A stretch of DNA of 64,000 nucleotides, from assembly GCA_964606895.1 (NCBI GenBank), contig CAZSHX010000004.1:26789-90788 (forward strand), written 5' to 3'. Position 1 is the stretch's first letter. Each line of letters begins with the position of its first letter. Shown here in pieces: positions 28,693 to 38,941 of this stretch. This stretch comes from an uncultured Hyphomicrobiales bacterium (lineage in GTDB: Bacteria > Bacteroidota > Ignavibacteria > Kapaibacteriales > UBA2268). A program made the translations under genes and the position numbers. Below the pieces are notes generated by a model, which saw nothing but the letters and a program-made list of their open reading frames with translations, did not search any database and was not told the DNA's origin.

Positions 28693-30132
28693 ATGACAAA
28701 CAAAATATTTTCGGTTTCCGGATTAATTTTATCTGTGCTTTTTGTTGTTCTTCTGATTTCATGCTCTTCCACCGAACGGAAAACAGGCTTTGCTTTGCAG
28801 GCTGAATCCTGGGAAGATTCTGACTCAACCCAGAAACCAATCTTTCTGACGGGCACCAAACCAATTGACTCCGTGGACGAAAAGAAGCTAATCTTTGATT
28901 TTTGGCGGCTTGAAAGCGACAAATACCCCGATTCAATAAAAATATTTTCCCGTGTTTACGATTCTCTTGGTAATTTTGTTACCAACATGGCAGACCCCTA
29001 CCGCAAAGACCTGACCAAAAAGTATTTTACAACTGTTACCGAATATCTTGGTAAGGTCAGAAATATCCGAAAAGTTCCCATTGATGATTTCAAAGTACGA
29101 GAATACGGTGCTAATGACTCAATCCCATATAACATTGCTCTCACTGTTGATTATTCGGGCTCAATGTCGGGAGTTCTTGATGCTATTTTCGAAGGTACTG
29201 AACTTTTTGTCAGCATGAAACAAAAGTACGACCAGATTTCGCTCTCGTCATTCAATCAGAATTTCGATTTAAAAGTAAAGATGTCCAAAGACAAAGACTT
29301 TATACTTGCAACCTACAAAGTTAAGAGAAGTCAGAATCTTGGACTATTTTCCGCTCTTTACGATGCCGCATGGAATTGCCTCGGACTATTTGAAGGTACT
29401 TCGCCTGATGTACCGCGTGTTCTTGTAATTTTCTCTGATGGTGACGATAATTATTCAAAGACACAAATAAATGAACTTATTGATAGTGCCAAAAAGCTTA
29501 ATGTTCACGTATTTACTGTTGCTTTCGGCTATTCTGTGGATGACAATCTCCGCTATTTGGCAAAATACACAGGTGGTAAATTCTACAAGGCTTATACGAA
29601 ACAGGAACTTGTTGCGATTTTCCGCGATATCTATATGAGCTTGAGATATTTCTATCTTATTACCTATAAACCTCCAAAATTCTGGGGATACCACAAAGTT
29701 ATTGCTACGGTTAATACTCCGAACAGGGCTGATTCGCTATATGCAGAAGGTGAATACGATTCATCAGATTTATTCCCGTGGGATTCGCTGAATAAAGCGT
29801 TTACCCGACCGATACTTTTTGACTTCGATTCGGCAATTGTCAAATTTGAGTCTTTCCCAATATTGGACGAGATTGCGGATGCTATGCTGTCGAGACCTCA
29901 GTTGAAACTTGAAATTCAAGGGCATACTGATAATGTTGGTAGAATAGATTACAACCAGAATCTTTCGGATGCAAGGGCTAAAGCGGTTATGGATGCCATT
30001 ATTTCACGCGGTGTTGATGGCAGGAGACTTCGCTACCGTGGGTTTGGTATGTCCCAGCCTATAGTCCCCAACGATACACCCGAAGGCAGGGCAAAAAACC
30101 GAAGAACTCAATTTGTAATTATTGCGAAGTGA
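28693..30132 (+). CDS. Lipoprotein with a von Willebrand factor A (vWA) domain and a C-terminal OmpA-like domain
   Basis: LLISCSS lipobox. MIDAS motif DYSGSMSG in LTVDYSGSMSG...VIFSDGDDN. C-terminal OmpA domain: LEIQGHTDNVGRIDYNQNLSDARAKAV...RRLRYRGFGMSQP. Confidence 0.75.
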   Translation: MTNKIFSVSGLILSVLFVVLLISCSSTERKTGFALQAESWEDSDSTQKPIFLTGTKPIDSVDEKKLIFDFWRLESDKYPDSIKIFSRVYDSLGNFVTNMADPYRKDLTKKYFTTVTEYLGKVRNIRKVPIDDFKVREYGANDSIPYNIALTVDYSGSMSGVLDAIFEGTELFVSMKQKYDQISLSSFNQNFDLKVKMSKDKDFILATYKVKRSQNLGLFSALYDAAWNCLGLFEGTSPDVPRVLVIFSDGDDNYSKTQINELIDSAKKLNVHVFTVAFGYSVDDNLRYLAKYTGGKFYKAYTKQELVAIFRDIYMSLRYFYLITYKPPKFWGYHKVIATVNTPNRADSLYAEGEYDSSDLFPWDSLNKAFTRPILFDFDSAIVKFESFPILDEIADAMLSRPQLKLEIQGHTDNVGRIDYNQNLSDARAKAVMDAIISRGVDGRRLRYRGFGMSQPIVPNDTPEGRAKNRRTQFVIIAK

Positions 30133-30528
30133 CGGTCTAACAGTTAATTTTTTCCTCAATGCAGGTGATCCCTCCTGCCGTCTTGCAAATTAAGAGGCAA
30201 GGAGGGAACTCCTGACCTAAGAATAATATATTTTACCTCATTACCATAGCAATAAATAATCCTTATATTCGTTTATATCTTGTGTATCGTACATTGATAT
30301 TTAGTCAACCTCACTCTCTCATTATTGGAGTGGGCAGTAAGAATTGCATCTTTTGCATCTTTTTGCATGCAATGATGCAAATGCTCAAAAACCGTTTTAT
30401 GTAATAGTATCAATGGTTTAGATGGAAATTACATCGCATTTTTTTCAAAATAAATTAAAGACGCAATTTAGGGAAAAAAAATCCAATTTCGTAGCGATTA
30501 CTCTAAAGGACACAAATGTGCTCTAATT

Positions 30529-31173
30529 TCATAGAATAGAATATTTAATCAATGCTTTGGATTTGAAAAGTATATAGGTCTCAGTATTAGGTTTGACATT
30601 ATAGGTTACTCTTTTAATGATTCCTTTGCCTGGTGTAATGTAAAACTCTAATTTCAGTTTAGGAGAAACAGCTTCATATTTATAGCAGAAAAATGTTCCT
30701 GCAGAAGTACTGACAACTATACTGGTTTGGATTACAGTAATTTGGAAAGTTTCGTTGAAGTCGGGTATAAAGATTGAATATTTATCGTTTATATTGCAAG
30801 GATACTTAAAGAATAGTGAATTCACGAAAACACCATCATTATTTTTGTAAGTTACATAATATCCATCGGTCGAATTACTCGAGAAATAGGAATTGTTGGC
30901 ACTATTTGAAAACCATTTTGTAGCGGAAATTGTTGTATCAACAGTTATGGATTCATGCAAAGTATCGAAAGCAACTTCACTTTGATAGTCAGGGTCGTAT
31001 TCCACATCTTCATAAGTCCAACTATTGCCGATTTTCAAAGGAATAATCTCCTGAGACTTCGCTGGCGGTGGAGTATCGGTAGTTCCGGCACAGGAAATAA
31101 GCATAATGGCAACTAATGCTAAAATTACAAATCCGGTTAAACCGGAGGAAAAATATTTCTTATTCGTTGCCAT
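30529..31173 (-). CDS. Hypothetical lipoprotein
   Basis: 214 aa, VILALVAIMLISCAGTT lipobox. It overlaps the upstream T9SS gene by 14 bp, so the two are probably co-transcribed. Confidence 0.45.
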   Translation of the reverse strand: MATNKKYFSSGLTGFVILALVAIMLISCAGTTDTPPPAKSQEIIPLKIGNSWTYEDVEYDPDYQSEVAFDTLHESITVDTTISATKWFSNSANNSYFSSNSTDGYYVTYKNNDGVFVNSLFFKYPCNINDKYSIFIPDFNETFQITVIQTSIVVSTSAGTFFCYKYEAVSPKLKLEFYITPGKGIIKRVTYNVKPNTETYILFKSKALIKYSIL

Positions 31174-32458
31174 TTAATTTTACAAATTTTCCAAAATGAG
31201 TACTACTGCCATTAATGATTTTATAGAAATAAATACCGGCTGAAATATCTTTTAAATCGAAACTTTTTGATAAATCAGGCATCACTTCATTAGCAATTGT
31301 TTTGCCAAAAATATCAGTAATTGTAATTTTTGAATTAGTCAGCAAATTTTTATTAAAGGAGAATTCAATGTAATCAGAACATGGATTAGGATAGACAACA
31401 ATGTCATTCCCGGAATCAGGTATTTCATCAACATCAAGGATAACACCGCCTTTCCTGAAAACGGACATTCCGCCCCATGATGTACCAATCCACTTGTTAT
31501 TGAGTTTATCTGCGGCTATTGTCCATACCCTGTTTGCTGAAAGCAGAGAATTGTTGATGTCGAAAGTCTCCCATTTATTTCCATCAAATGAAGTAAGTCC
31601 TGAAATTGAACCGAACCATAGTATTCCGTTGCTGTCCAAGGCTATAGCAACCACCTCATTTGAAGGCAGACCTGCATTCAGGGAATCGAAAATGGTCCAT
31701 TTGCTTCCATCGAATTTTGCAACTCCGCCGCCTAAAGTTGCAAGCCACTTGTTGTTGCTTTTATCAACAAGAATTGAACGTACCCGGTTGTTCGGGAGTT
31801 CTGAATTGGATGTGTCGTAAACGGTTAGCTTTTTCCCGTCATATTTGAGCAGTCCACTGCCGTCAGTGCCAATCCAAATAATTTCATCTTTATCCTCGGC
31901 AAAGGAAATGATACACTTCCGTTGGATTTGAGTCAGCAGAGAATCGAAATTATGCCATTTCCCGTCAAATTTAAAGAATCCATCGCACCAGCTACCTGCC
32001 CAAATATTCTGTTTGGAATCCACAAAAGCTGAAAAGATATAATTATTACTAATTGCAGAATTTGATTTATTAAAGGACATCCATGACGAGCCGTCAAACT
32101 TCACTAACCCGTTTTCCATGGTGCCTGCCCATAGATTGCTTGCTTCATCCAATTGCAGAGAGAAGACCGTATTGTCAGTGAGACCAGAATTCTTAGAATT
32201 ATAAGTAACAAAATGCTTGCCGTCAAATTTGGCAATACCTCCTCCGTTGGTTCCTATCCACTTATTTAGATTATTATCAATAATAATACTCCAAACAACA
32301 TCGTGGGGAATCATTGAATTGCGGGTATTGAAAGTCACCCAGTCATTAATCTGTGAATAAAGCAGATTGACCGAAATAAAAAAGAAGGCAAAAGCTATTT
32401 TCCAAATATCAATTTTGGTTTTCATTAATAAACCTGTATCAAGAAACAACCAATACAA
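31160..32458 (-). CDS. Beta-propeller repeat protein (two-component-regulator-propeller-like repeats) with a T9SS C-terminal sorting domain
   Basis: 432 aa. Repeats W(I/L)GT..GGG(I/V)(A/S)KFDG..W. C-terminal VVYPNPCSDYIEFSF...GIYFYKIINGSSTHFGKFVKLNGNE. Confidence 0.65.
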   Translation of the reverse strand: MYWLFLDTGLLMKTKIDIWKIAFAFFFISVNLLYSQINDWVTFNTRNSMIPHDVVWSIIIDNNLNKWIGTNGGGIAKFDGKHFVTYNSKNSGLTDNTVFSLQLDEASNLWAGTMENGLVKFDGSSWMSFNKSNSAISNNYIFSAFVDSKQNIWAGSWCDGFFKFDGKWHNFDSLLTQIQRKCIISFAEDKDEIIWIGTDGSGLLKYDGKKLTVYDTSNSELPNNRVRSILVDKSNNKWLATLGGGVAKFDGSKWTIFDSLNAGLPSNEVVAIALDSNGILWFGSISGLTSFDGNKWETFDINNSLLSANRVWTIAADKLNNKWIGTSWGGMSVFRKGGVILDVDEIPDSGNDIVVYPNPCSDYIEFSFNKNLLTNSKITITDIFGKTIANEVMPDLSKSFDLKDISAGIYFYKIINGSSTHFGKFVKLNGNE

Positions 32459-32615
32459 TGTTAAGAAATTTTAAGTTCATTAGCAAGAAAATTGATGTAT
32501 TTTCAGAAGATTTCTTGACCAAATTTGAAAATATTTCTGGAATTAGTGTAAGTATTTGGCTACAGTGTTAAATATATTCTACTCCTTAGGTGGATTGATT
32601 CAGAAATCCAGTTTT

Positions 32616-33464
32616 TTAGAAACTGATTGTCTTAAAATAATCTTCAAGGCTTTTCTGCCATTCGGGGAATTCCATTTTTAGTTCGCTTGAAAGCAGAAGA
32701 TTGCTCATTGCCGAAAAATCAGGACGTTTGGCTGGAAGATTAAAAATATTCTTTGAGACGGGAATGATTTTGTTCGGAAGGTTGGCAATTCTTGCTATTT
32801 CCTTTGCCCATTCAAATCGCGAGCAATGTCCTGTATTGGTCAAATGATAAAGGCCTGACAGCCCGCGGGCAAGAGATTTCAAAGTACAATCTGCGACTAA
32901 TCCAGTGTACGTTGGTATTGAAATTTCATCATCGGCAATTTGTAATTCATTATTGTTTTTTGCCCATTGGAGCATCTTGGCAATAAAGTTTTGGTTGCCG
33001 TCTCCGTAAAGCCAGCTGACTCTGAAAATCAGGAATTTTTTAGTTTCATCTTCCAAAGCCATTTCGCCTAATAGTTTGCTTTTCCCATAAACATTGAGAG
33101 GGTTGGGTTCTTCTGTCTCAAAATACGGTTCGCCTTTTGTACCGTCGAATACATAATCTGTGCTGTAATGAACAACATAGCCGCCGAATTTTTCAGCGGC
33201 AATGGCAAGATTGCGGATACCGAGCACATTTGCTTTGTAAGCATCGTATTCACTTCTTTCGGCAATGTCAACCTGATTGTAGGCGGCACAGTTAATCACA
33301 AAGTCAGGTTTTACCTGTTCGTAAACATTTAAAACCTGATCAATACTTGCAATATCAACGGTATCGAAATCAAAGCCGAAAAATTCTTCTCCTTTTTCCT
33401 CGAGCTTTTTGGAAAATTCCTTGCCAAGTTGTCCTTTATTTCCTGCTATAAGGTATTTTTTCAT
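32616..33464 (-). CDS. rmlD: dTDP-4-dehydrorhamnose reductase
   Basis: AGNKGQLGKEF (NAD(P)-binding), VINCAAYNQVDIAE, HYSTDYVFDG, NVYGKSKLLGE (catalytic YxxxK). Confidence 0.85.
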   Translation of the reverse strand: MKKYLIAGNKGQLGKEFSKKLEEKGEEFFGFDFDTVDIASIDQVLNVYEQVKPDFVINCAAYNQVDIAERSEYDAYKANVLGIRNLAIAAEKFGGYVVHYSTDYVFDGTKGEPYFETEEPNPLNVYGKSKLLGEMALEDETKKFLIFRVSWLYGDGNQNFIAKMLQWAKNNNELQIADDEISIPTYTGLVADCTLKSLARGLSGLYHLTNTGHCSRFEWAKEIARIANLPNKIIPVSKNIFNLPAKRPDFSAMSNLLLSSELKMEFPEWQKSLEDYFKTISF

Positions 33465-33474
33465 GCCCGAAAGA

Positions 33475-34581
33475 TTATTCCTGCGTCAGTTGATTTTTCA
33501 ACTTGCTGATTAATGGAATAGGTGTGGGATCAACTCCATTTAAAATTGCCATAAAATAACTAACCCAATCACCGAGGTAAATCAGGTCGAACATTCTGGT
33601 TAATAAATTTTCGCCATCACCTTTGATTTCAATAACATGCTTCACACTGCTTTCGATTAGCGAATGAAGTGCATTAAAACGTATTTTTACTCTTGGATGG
33701 TCATAAGGGTCACGCATGAAAATCACTGAGAATCTCGTTGTTAAATCTTCAGGATAACTCCATGAATTTATTTCGTTATGATTCATTTCGGGAAGTAAAT
33801 TGCCGAAAGCAAGTTGTTTGGCATTTTCCTGAATCTGACAGCGCCATCTGAGGTTTACCGAGTCCAGTCTTTCTGCAGGAGAATAAATAACAGGAACCGA
33901 ATTGTAGAGCTTTTCAGCCAGTTGGAATGCAACATTTCTGCCGTTTTCCAAATCGGTATAAGCATCGGCTTTGATAAAAAGTAAATCCAAAAGCTCATTC
34001 ATGCAAAATTGTATATTTGAATCAGTTTTGAATGCAGAGCTTTTTTGAAGAAGATAAAGCATTGGAACAAATGAATAACCAAGAGCACATCTTGGCTGTA
34101 ATCCACCAGGAACTTTTATAACAGGATAGCCATACTTGAGGGCAAGCTCTTCGAGTTTGCCGCCTGTGGTGATGCAAATAATTCTGTCTGTATATTTTCG
34201 GGCATCTTCAAATGCCGAGATAGTTTCTTCAGTATTCCCCGAATAGGAACTTGCAATAACATTCGTATTTTCATTTATCGAAGCAGGAACTGAGTAGCCC
34301 CTGTTAGTTCTGATTAAAAGATGATTTGCCCAGGGTGTTGCACTGCAGAAAGAAGCAAGCAGGTCGCCACCGATTGCAGAACCGCCCATGCCGAGAATCA
34401 GGTATTCATTTGATACAGGCTTACTGTTGAAACCCGCGGCATCTTTGCCGATTTCAATTGCTTCCTTCACCTGCATAGGAAAATTCTTCAATATTTCGAA
34501 CATGTTTTGAGAGTCTGATTTTTCAATATTCTCTCTGTAAATCTTAGCCATTATTAAATCCTTAAATAACAATTTTAACAT
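33475..34581 (-). CDS. SIS-domain bifunctional phosphoglucose/phosphomannose isomerase-like protein
   Basis: LILGMGGSAIGGDLL (SIS motif), IASSYSGNTEET, ITTGGKL. About 340 aa if it starts at MAKIYRE. Confidence 0.6.
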   Translation of the reverse strand: MLKLLFKDLIMAKIYRENIEKSDSQNMFEILKNFPMQVKEAIEIGKDAAGFNSKPVSNEYLILGMGGSAIGGDLLASFCSATPWANHLLIRTNRGYSVPASINENTNVIASSYSGNTEETISAFEDARKYTDRIICITTGGKLEELALKYGYPVIKVPGGLQPRCALGYSFVPMLYLLQKSSAFKTDSNIQFCMNELLDLLFIKADAYTDLENGRNVAFQLAEKLYNSVPVIYSPAERLDSVNLRWRCQIQENAKQLAFGNLLPEMNHNEINSWSYPEDLTTRFSVIFMRDPYDHPRVKIRFNALHSLIESSVKHVIEIKGDGENLLTRMFDLIYLGDWVSYFMAILNGVDPTPIPLISKLKNQLTQE

Positions 34582-34759
34582 TTGCTTTTAAAAGCTTTGC
34601 AAAAATGCCAAATATTTTTTAATTTGACAACGTAATGAAGTGGATTTACTTTTATTATAGGTTTTAATTTTTTCTAAGGCAATAATAAAAATGAAAAAAT
34701 GATTTTTCTTTTAGTCCCTGTTCGTAATTATTATGAAATATTTTTGATACAAAAAGCCA

Positions 34760-35467
34760 ATGAATAAAGATAATACTTACATAGTTGTTTGTGCCTACAA
34801 CGAAGAAAAAGCCATTGCTTCAGTCATTAACGGACTGAATGAAATGGGTTTCAGAAAAATCGTTGTTGTAAACGACGGAAGTTCAGACGAGACAGGAAAT
34901 GTTGTCCGCAATTTTCCTGTAGTGCTGATTGAACATATAATTAACCGAGGGCAGGGAGCCGCTATCGCAACAGGATTGGAATATTGTTCCCGTCTGGAGG
35001 ACTGTAAATTTATTGCTACATTTGATGCAGACAGTCAACACAGACCCGAAGACCTTGAAAAAATGGCAGAAATGATTTTCAATTCTGATTCCGATATTGT
35101 TCTTGGTTCAAGATTTTTGGATTTAAAAAGTGAATCAATGCCATTCGGCAGAAAATTCATCCTGAAATGTGCCGCTTTATTTATTCGTTTCATGTACGGT
35201 TTGAAGTTCACCGATGCCCACAACGGTTTGAGAATTATGAAAAAGGAAGTTTGCCGAAAAATAATGCCTTTTACGGATGGGATGCTTCACGCTTCGGAAA
35301 TGATATATTTAATCAAGAAAAACCGTTTGAAATACCTTGAATCACCTGTGAAGATAAATTACACTGAGTATTCCATTTCCAAAGGTCAGAAATCTTCAGG
35401 TTTTGCCTATCTTGGTTTTTTGACAATTTATCATAAAATAATTCTGCTTCTGTTTGAAAAGGACTAA
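34760..35467 (+). CDS. GT2 glycosyltransferase, DPM1/GtrB-like (polyprenyl-phosphate sugar synthase type)
   Basis: YIVVCAYNEEKAI, VVNDGSSDET, FDADSQHRPEDL (DXD), FTDAHNGLRIM. Confidence 0.75.
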   Translation: MNKDNTYIVVCAYNEEKAIASVINGLNEMGFRKIVVVNDGSSDETGNVVRNFPVVLIEHIINRGQGAAIATGLEYCSRLEDCKFIATFDADSQHRPEDLEKMAEMIFNSDSDIVLGSRFLDLKSESMPFGRKFILKCAALFIRFMYGLKFTDAHNGLRIMKKEVCRKIMPFTDGMLHASEMIYLIKKNRLKYLESPVKINYTEYSISKGQKSSGFAYLGFLTIYHKIILLLFEKD

Positions 35468-35470
35468 CCA

Positions 35471-35815
35471 ATGACTGTTTTCGAAATTGTTATTATATGC
35501 CTGATTCAGGCTTTCTTCCTGCCGATTCTATTTTTTAAAATAAAGAATCGGACACTAAGCATATTTGATTTTTCATTTATCCTGATTCTGGATACAGTGT
35601 TAAGTTTATTTTTGGTTTACCCGTCATTATTTACATATATCTCAGGTTTTTTTGGCATTGCAAGAGGCGTGGATATATTTATTTACTTTTCAATAATTGC
35701 TTTGTTTTATATCGTTTTCAGAATATATTTCAAGATGGAAAAATTGAAACAAGACTTAACAAAACTAAACAGGGAAATGAGCATCAGAATGATGGAAAAT
35801 AAGAATCCGGAATAG
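35471..35815 (+). CDS. DUF2304-like small membrane protein partnered with the GT2
   Basis: 114 aa. Three TM helices. A helical C-terminus (KMEKLKQDLTKLNREMSI). It starts 4 bp after the GT2 stop. Confidence 0.5.
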   Translation: MTVFEIVIICLIQAFFLPILFFKIKNRTLSIFDFSFILILDTVLSLFLVYPSLFTYISGFFGIARGVDIFIYFSIIALFYIVFRIYFKMEKLKQDLTKLNREMSIRMMENKNPE

Positions 35816-35960
35816 CCTTGCAAATGAGTGATGCACTTGGCAAACCTCTCAATGAATCGTTGTACTAACCCCATGCTTTAGCGTGGGGCATTAAAAAAAA
35901 CTGCATTATCAACAGACTCGTAACAATGCAGATTAATCTTTTTGGAAAACTCTAACCAAC

Positions 35961-37490
35961 CTAAATCCCATTTTCAGGGACAGGAAAAGTAACATAGAAA
36001 CAAGAACCCTTTCCCACTTCGCTTTCAATATGCATTTCGCCTCCGTGGAATGTAATAAATTCTTTGCAAAGAATCAATCCGAGTCCCGAACCTTCTTCAC
36101 CGCTTGTTCCATGTGTTGAGGTTTTTGAATCAATTTTGAAAAGCTGGTTCAACACACTCTCGGAAATACCGACACCATTATCGGAAATTTTTACCGTGAT
36201 AAACTTGTCCTCAGCATAAGCATCAATGGTAATTATGCCATTGGTATCAGAGAATTTTATAGAATTATGAATGAGATTTCTGAAAATCGAATCTGCCATA
36301 TTTACATCAGCAAATACAAGAATATCATCGGAAATGTTATTTATAATTGTTATGCTTTTCTCTTTGGCAGTTTCATCAAAATAGTCCAAAATCAAACGTA
36401 TAATATCGCTCAACACATATTCACTTGGATGAAAAGTCATCTTCCCACGTTGAATCTGCGACCATTGAAGAAGATTGCTCAGCAATTTATAAAGCTTTTT
36501 GGCAGATTTGTTCAAGCTGAAAAGTGTAGCATTGAGTTCAGAAAGAGTAAATCTACTGAAATCTTTGATGACTATTTCTGTTAAATTCAAAAAAGATGAG
36601 AATGGATTCTTCAGGTCGTGGGAAATAATTGAAAAGAACTTATCCTTGCTCGCATTAAGTTCTCGGAGCATTTCTTCGGATTTTTTCAGCTTTTCTTCTG
36701 CCACTTTTTTCTCAGTAATATCCTTGACAGAACTGAGAAGTTTGTGTTTGCCCATTTTCTCATCAAAATAAGCATGAACGGTGTTGTTAATCCATTTTAT
36801 TGCACCTTGTTTAGTAATGATTCTCAAATCTACTGAAACTTTTCCCGACTTTTTGAAAGATTCCAGTGCTGTTCTGAATATTGTTAAATCATCGGGATGA
36901 ACAATAGTTGCCCATTTATCAAAAGTATCTATGTCATCATAAGAATAACCATATTCTTTGATTAGTTTATCTGTTGACCACTCTCTTTTCAGAGTGCCGT
37001 CAGGTTCAACAATCACACTCGATGCCGCATCTGAAATAAGTTCCGAAAGAAGTCTGTATTTTTCTTGATTGCTGTATAATTCATTCTCTCTGTTATATTG
37101 TTCAGTCACATCCTGAATTATGGAAAGAACGAATCTTTCATCATTTATGGCAAGAGATTTTGCACGTAAATCGGTTATTATAAGATTCCCGTTTAAGTCA
37201 ATTAATTTGATGTTTTTAACTGAAATATGGTAGTCAGCCATTTCCACTTCAAGCATCTTAGCCGCCAATTCAGGTAGAGAATCGGGGTGTACAATCATTC
37301 TGACAGACTTCCCGATAATCTGAGTATCAGATTCGGCACCGATTAACTCCAATCCATGTTTATTCATGTACATAAATTCTGAATTCTTGTGAATTGAAAC
37401 AGGAAAAGGGACTAATTCAGCAAGCTGATAGAACAGCGACTCGCTGATTTCGGGAATTTTGTCTATTTGTATAAAATCGAAATTATTCAT
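35961..37490 (-). CDS. Cytoplasmic PAS-domain sensor histidine kinase
   Basis: No TM helices. Two or three PAS-like modules. HisKA H-box FFSIISHDLKNPF. HATPase motifs NLIHNSIKF, DNGVGI, GSGLGL. Confidence 0.8.
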   Translation of the reverse strand: MNNFDFIQIDKIPEISESLFYQLAELVPFPVSIHKNSEFMYMNKHGLELIGAESDTQIIGKSVRMIVHPDSLPELAAKMLEVEMADYHISVKNIKLIDLNGNLIITDLRAKSLAINDERFVLSIIQDVTEQYNRENELYSNQEKYRLLSELISDAASSVIVEPDGTLKREWSTDKLIKEYGYSYDDIDTFDKWATIVHPDDLTIFRTALESFKKSGKVSVDLRIITKQGAIKWINNTVHAYFDEKMGKHKLLSSVKDITEKKVAEEKLKKSEEMLRELNASKDKFFSIISHDLKNPFSSFLNLTEIVIKDFSRFTLSELNATLFSLNKSAKKLYKLLSNLLQWSQIQRGKMTFHPSEYVLSDIIRLILDYFDETAKEKSITIINNISDDILVFADVNMADSIFRNLIHNSIKFSDTNGIITIDAYAEDKFITVKISDNGVGISESVLNQLFKIDSKTSTHGTSGEEGSGLGLILCKEFITFHGGEMHIESEVGKGSCFYVTFPVPENGI

Positions 37491-37599
37491 TATTAATATT
37501 TAACACATTTCTAATTAACAAAAAACAAATATATGAAAAAAATCAGAGTAATTTATTGAGAATATTAGATTAAAGAAAAATTAACACATCCTGAGCAAT

Positions 37600-38940
37600 C
37601 TAAAGTTCACCCATTAGGAGTTTCAGCCGGGTTTCTGCTGATTTAAGATTATAATAAATCGTGCTTAACCGACTTAAAGAGTTCTCGTAGGATACCTGAG
37701 CGTCACGAACTTCGATTGCCGTAGTTTGAGAAAGTTTCAGTCTTTCCATCGCCAAATACAGATTCTCCTTGGCTAATGCTTTGGTGGAACTTTCGATTTC
37801 GAGCAGTTGCAGATTTGTTCTGAATAAATGCAATGAGCTAAGGAATTGAGTCCTGACTTGTTTAATTTGAGCAGATAATTCGATTTCGGTTGAATAGGAG
37901 GAGATTTCAGCAAGCTGAATCTGTCTTGAAATATTTCCTCCCTGAAAAATAGGATACGTTAGATTCAGTCCAAAATTTGCACCATTGGTTTGATTGACAT
38001 TAATTTGCCCGACCGGACTTTCGGTAAGATTAAATCCATATCCGGCAGTCAAATAAATATAAGGCAGATTAAGCGATTGATACTCTTTTGCTGAAAGTTT
38101 GGATATTTCGAGTTGTTTTTGAAGAATCTGAACGGAGGGATTAGCTTCCATGATTTTTTTTTCTGCTGAAAGGCTGTCAATCTCGGAATAAGATATTAAA
38201 TCAATAACTTCATAATTCTCTGAAATTTCTCTGTTAATTATCTTGTTGAGATTTCTTTTTGATTCGGCAATAACATTTAACTGCTGAATTTCATTTTGTG
38301 ATTGGGTGTTAAAATCAATCTGAGCCTGAAGCAACTCGGTTTTTGCAGATAATCCGGCATTAAATCTTGTTTCTCCGATTGTCATTCTTTCTTTGCTCAG
38401 AGCCTTAATTTCACGGATTGCATTATATATTTGTTTCTGTTTGACAATTTCATAGTAAGCATTGATAATTTCGGCTATGCTTTGCTGTAGCTGAGCTTTA
38501 TATTTGATTTCGCCTGATTTTTCAATTTCTTCGAGTCTGCTTTTGCTTGTAAACATCTTAAACCCATCGAATACAGTCCAGTTCAAAGCTATACCGGCAT
38601 TATATATTCTTGTTACAGCGGCGGATTTATCAAGGACTGAACCAGTTGAATATTCGAGATGAGCATTATTTATGGAAGCATTGACACTGGCATTCAGATT
38701 GATATTTGGTAACATTCCTGCATTCCCCGATGTATTATTTTCTTTGCTAATCAGAGCTTCATTTTTGCTTAACTGTATGTCATAGTTATTCTTTAAGCCG
38801 ATTGAAATGGCATCCTCAAGTTTTAATAATTCCTGTGAAAATACTTTAGAATTACAGAATAAACTCAATACCATCATTAACAAAAGTAATCGAATAACAT
38901 CACTTAACCTATTGATTAAACTATATTTCACACTTTTCAT
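37600..38940 (-). CDS. TolC-family outer-membrane efflux protein
   Basis: 446 aa. Signal peptide. Tandem helical-repeat organisation typical of outer membrane factor (OMF) proteins. Operon position next to the RND and MFP genes. Confidence 0.75.
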   Translation of the reverse strand: MKSVKYSLINRLSDVIRLLLLMMVLSLFCNSKVFSQELLKLEDAISIGLKNNYDIQLSKNEALISKENNTSGNAGMLPNINLNASVNASINNAHLEYSTGSVLDKSAAVTRIYNAGIALNWTVFDGFKMFTSKSRLEEIEKSGEIKYKAQLQQSIAEIINAYYEIVKQKQIYNAIREIKALSKERMTIGETRFNAGLSAKTELLQAQIDFNTQSQNEIQQLNVIAESKRNLNKIINREISENYEVIDLISYSEIDSLSAEKKIMEANPSVQILQKQLEISKLSAKEYQSLNLPYIYLTAGYGFNLTESPVGQINVNQTNGANFGLNLTYPIFQGGNISRQIQLAEISSYSTEIELSAQIKQVRTQFLSSLHLFRTNLQLLEIESSTKALAKENLYLAMERLKLSQTTAIEVRDAQVSYENSLSRLSTIYYNLKSAETRLKLLMGEL

Positions 38941-38941
38941 A

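Noticed and set aside
35816-35960. Hairpins ccccatgc-ttta-gcgtgggg and ctgcatt...aatgcag between the DUF2304 gene and the PAS-kinase gene, as terminators.
   Set aside because: The stems are plausible, but neither is followed by a U-tract on the relevant strand (A8 follows on the plus strand). They were not called as confident terminators.
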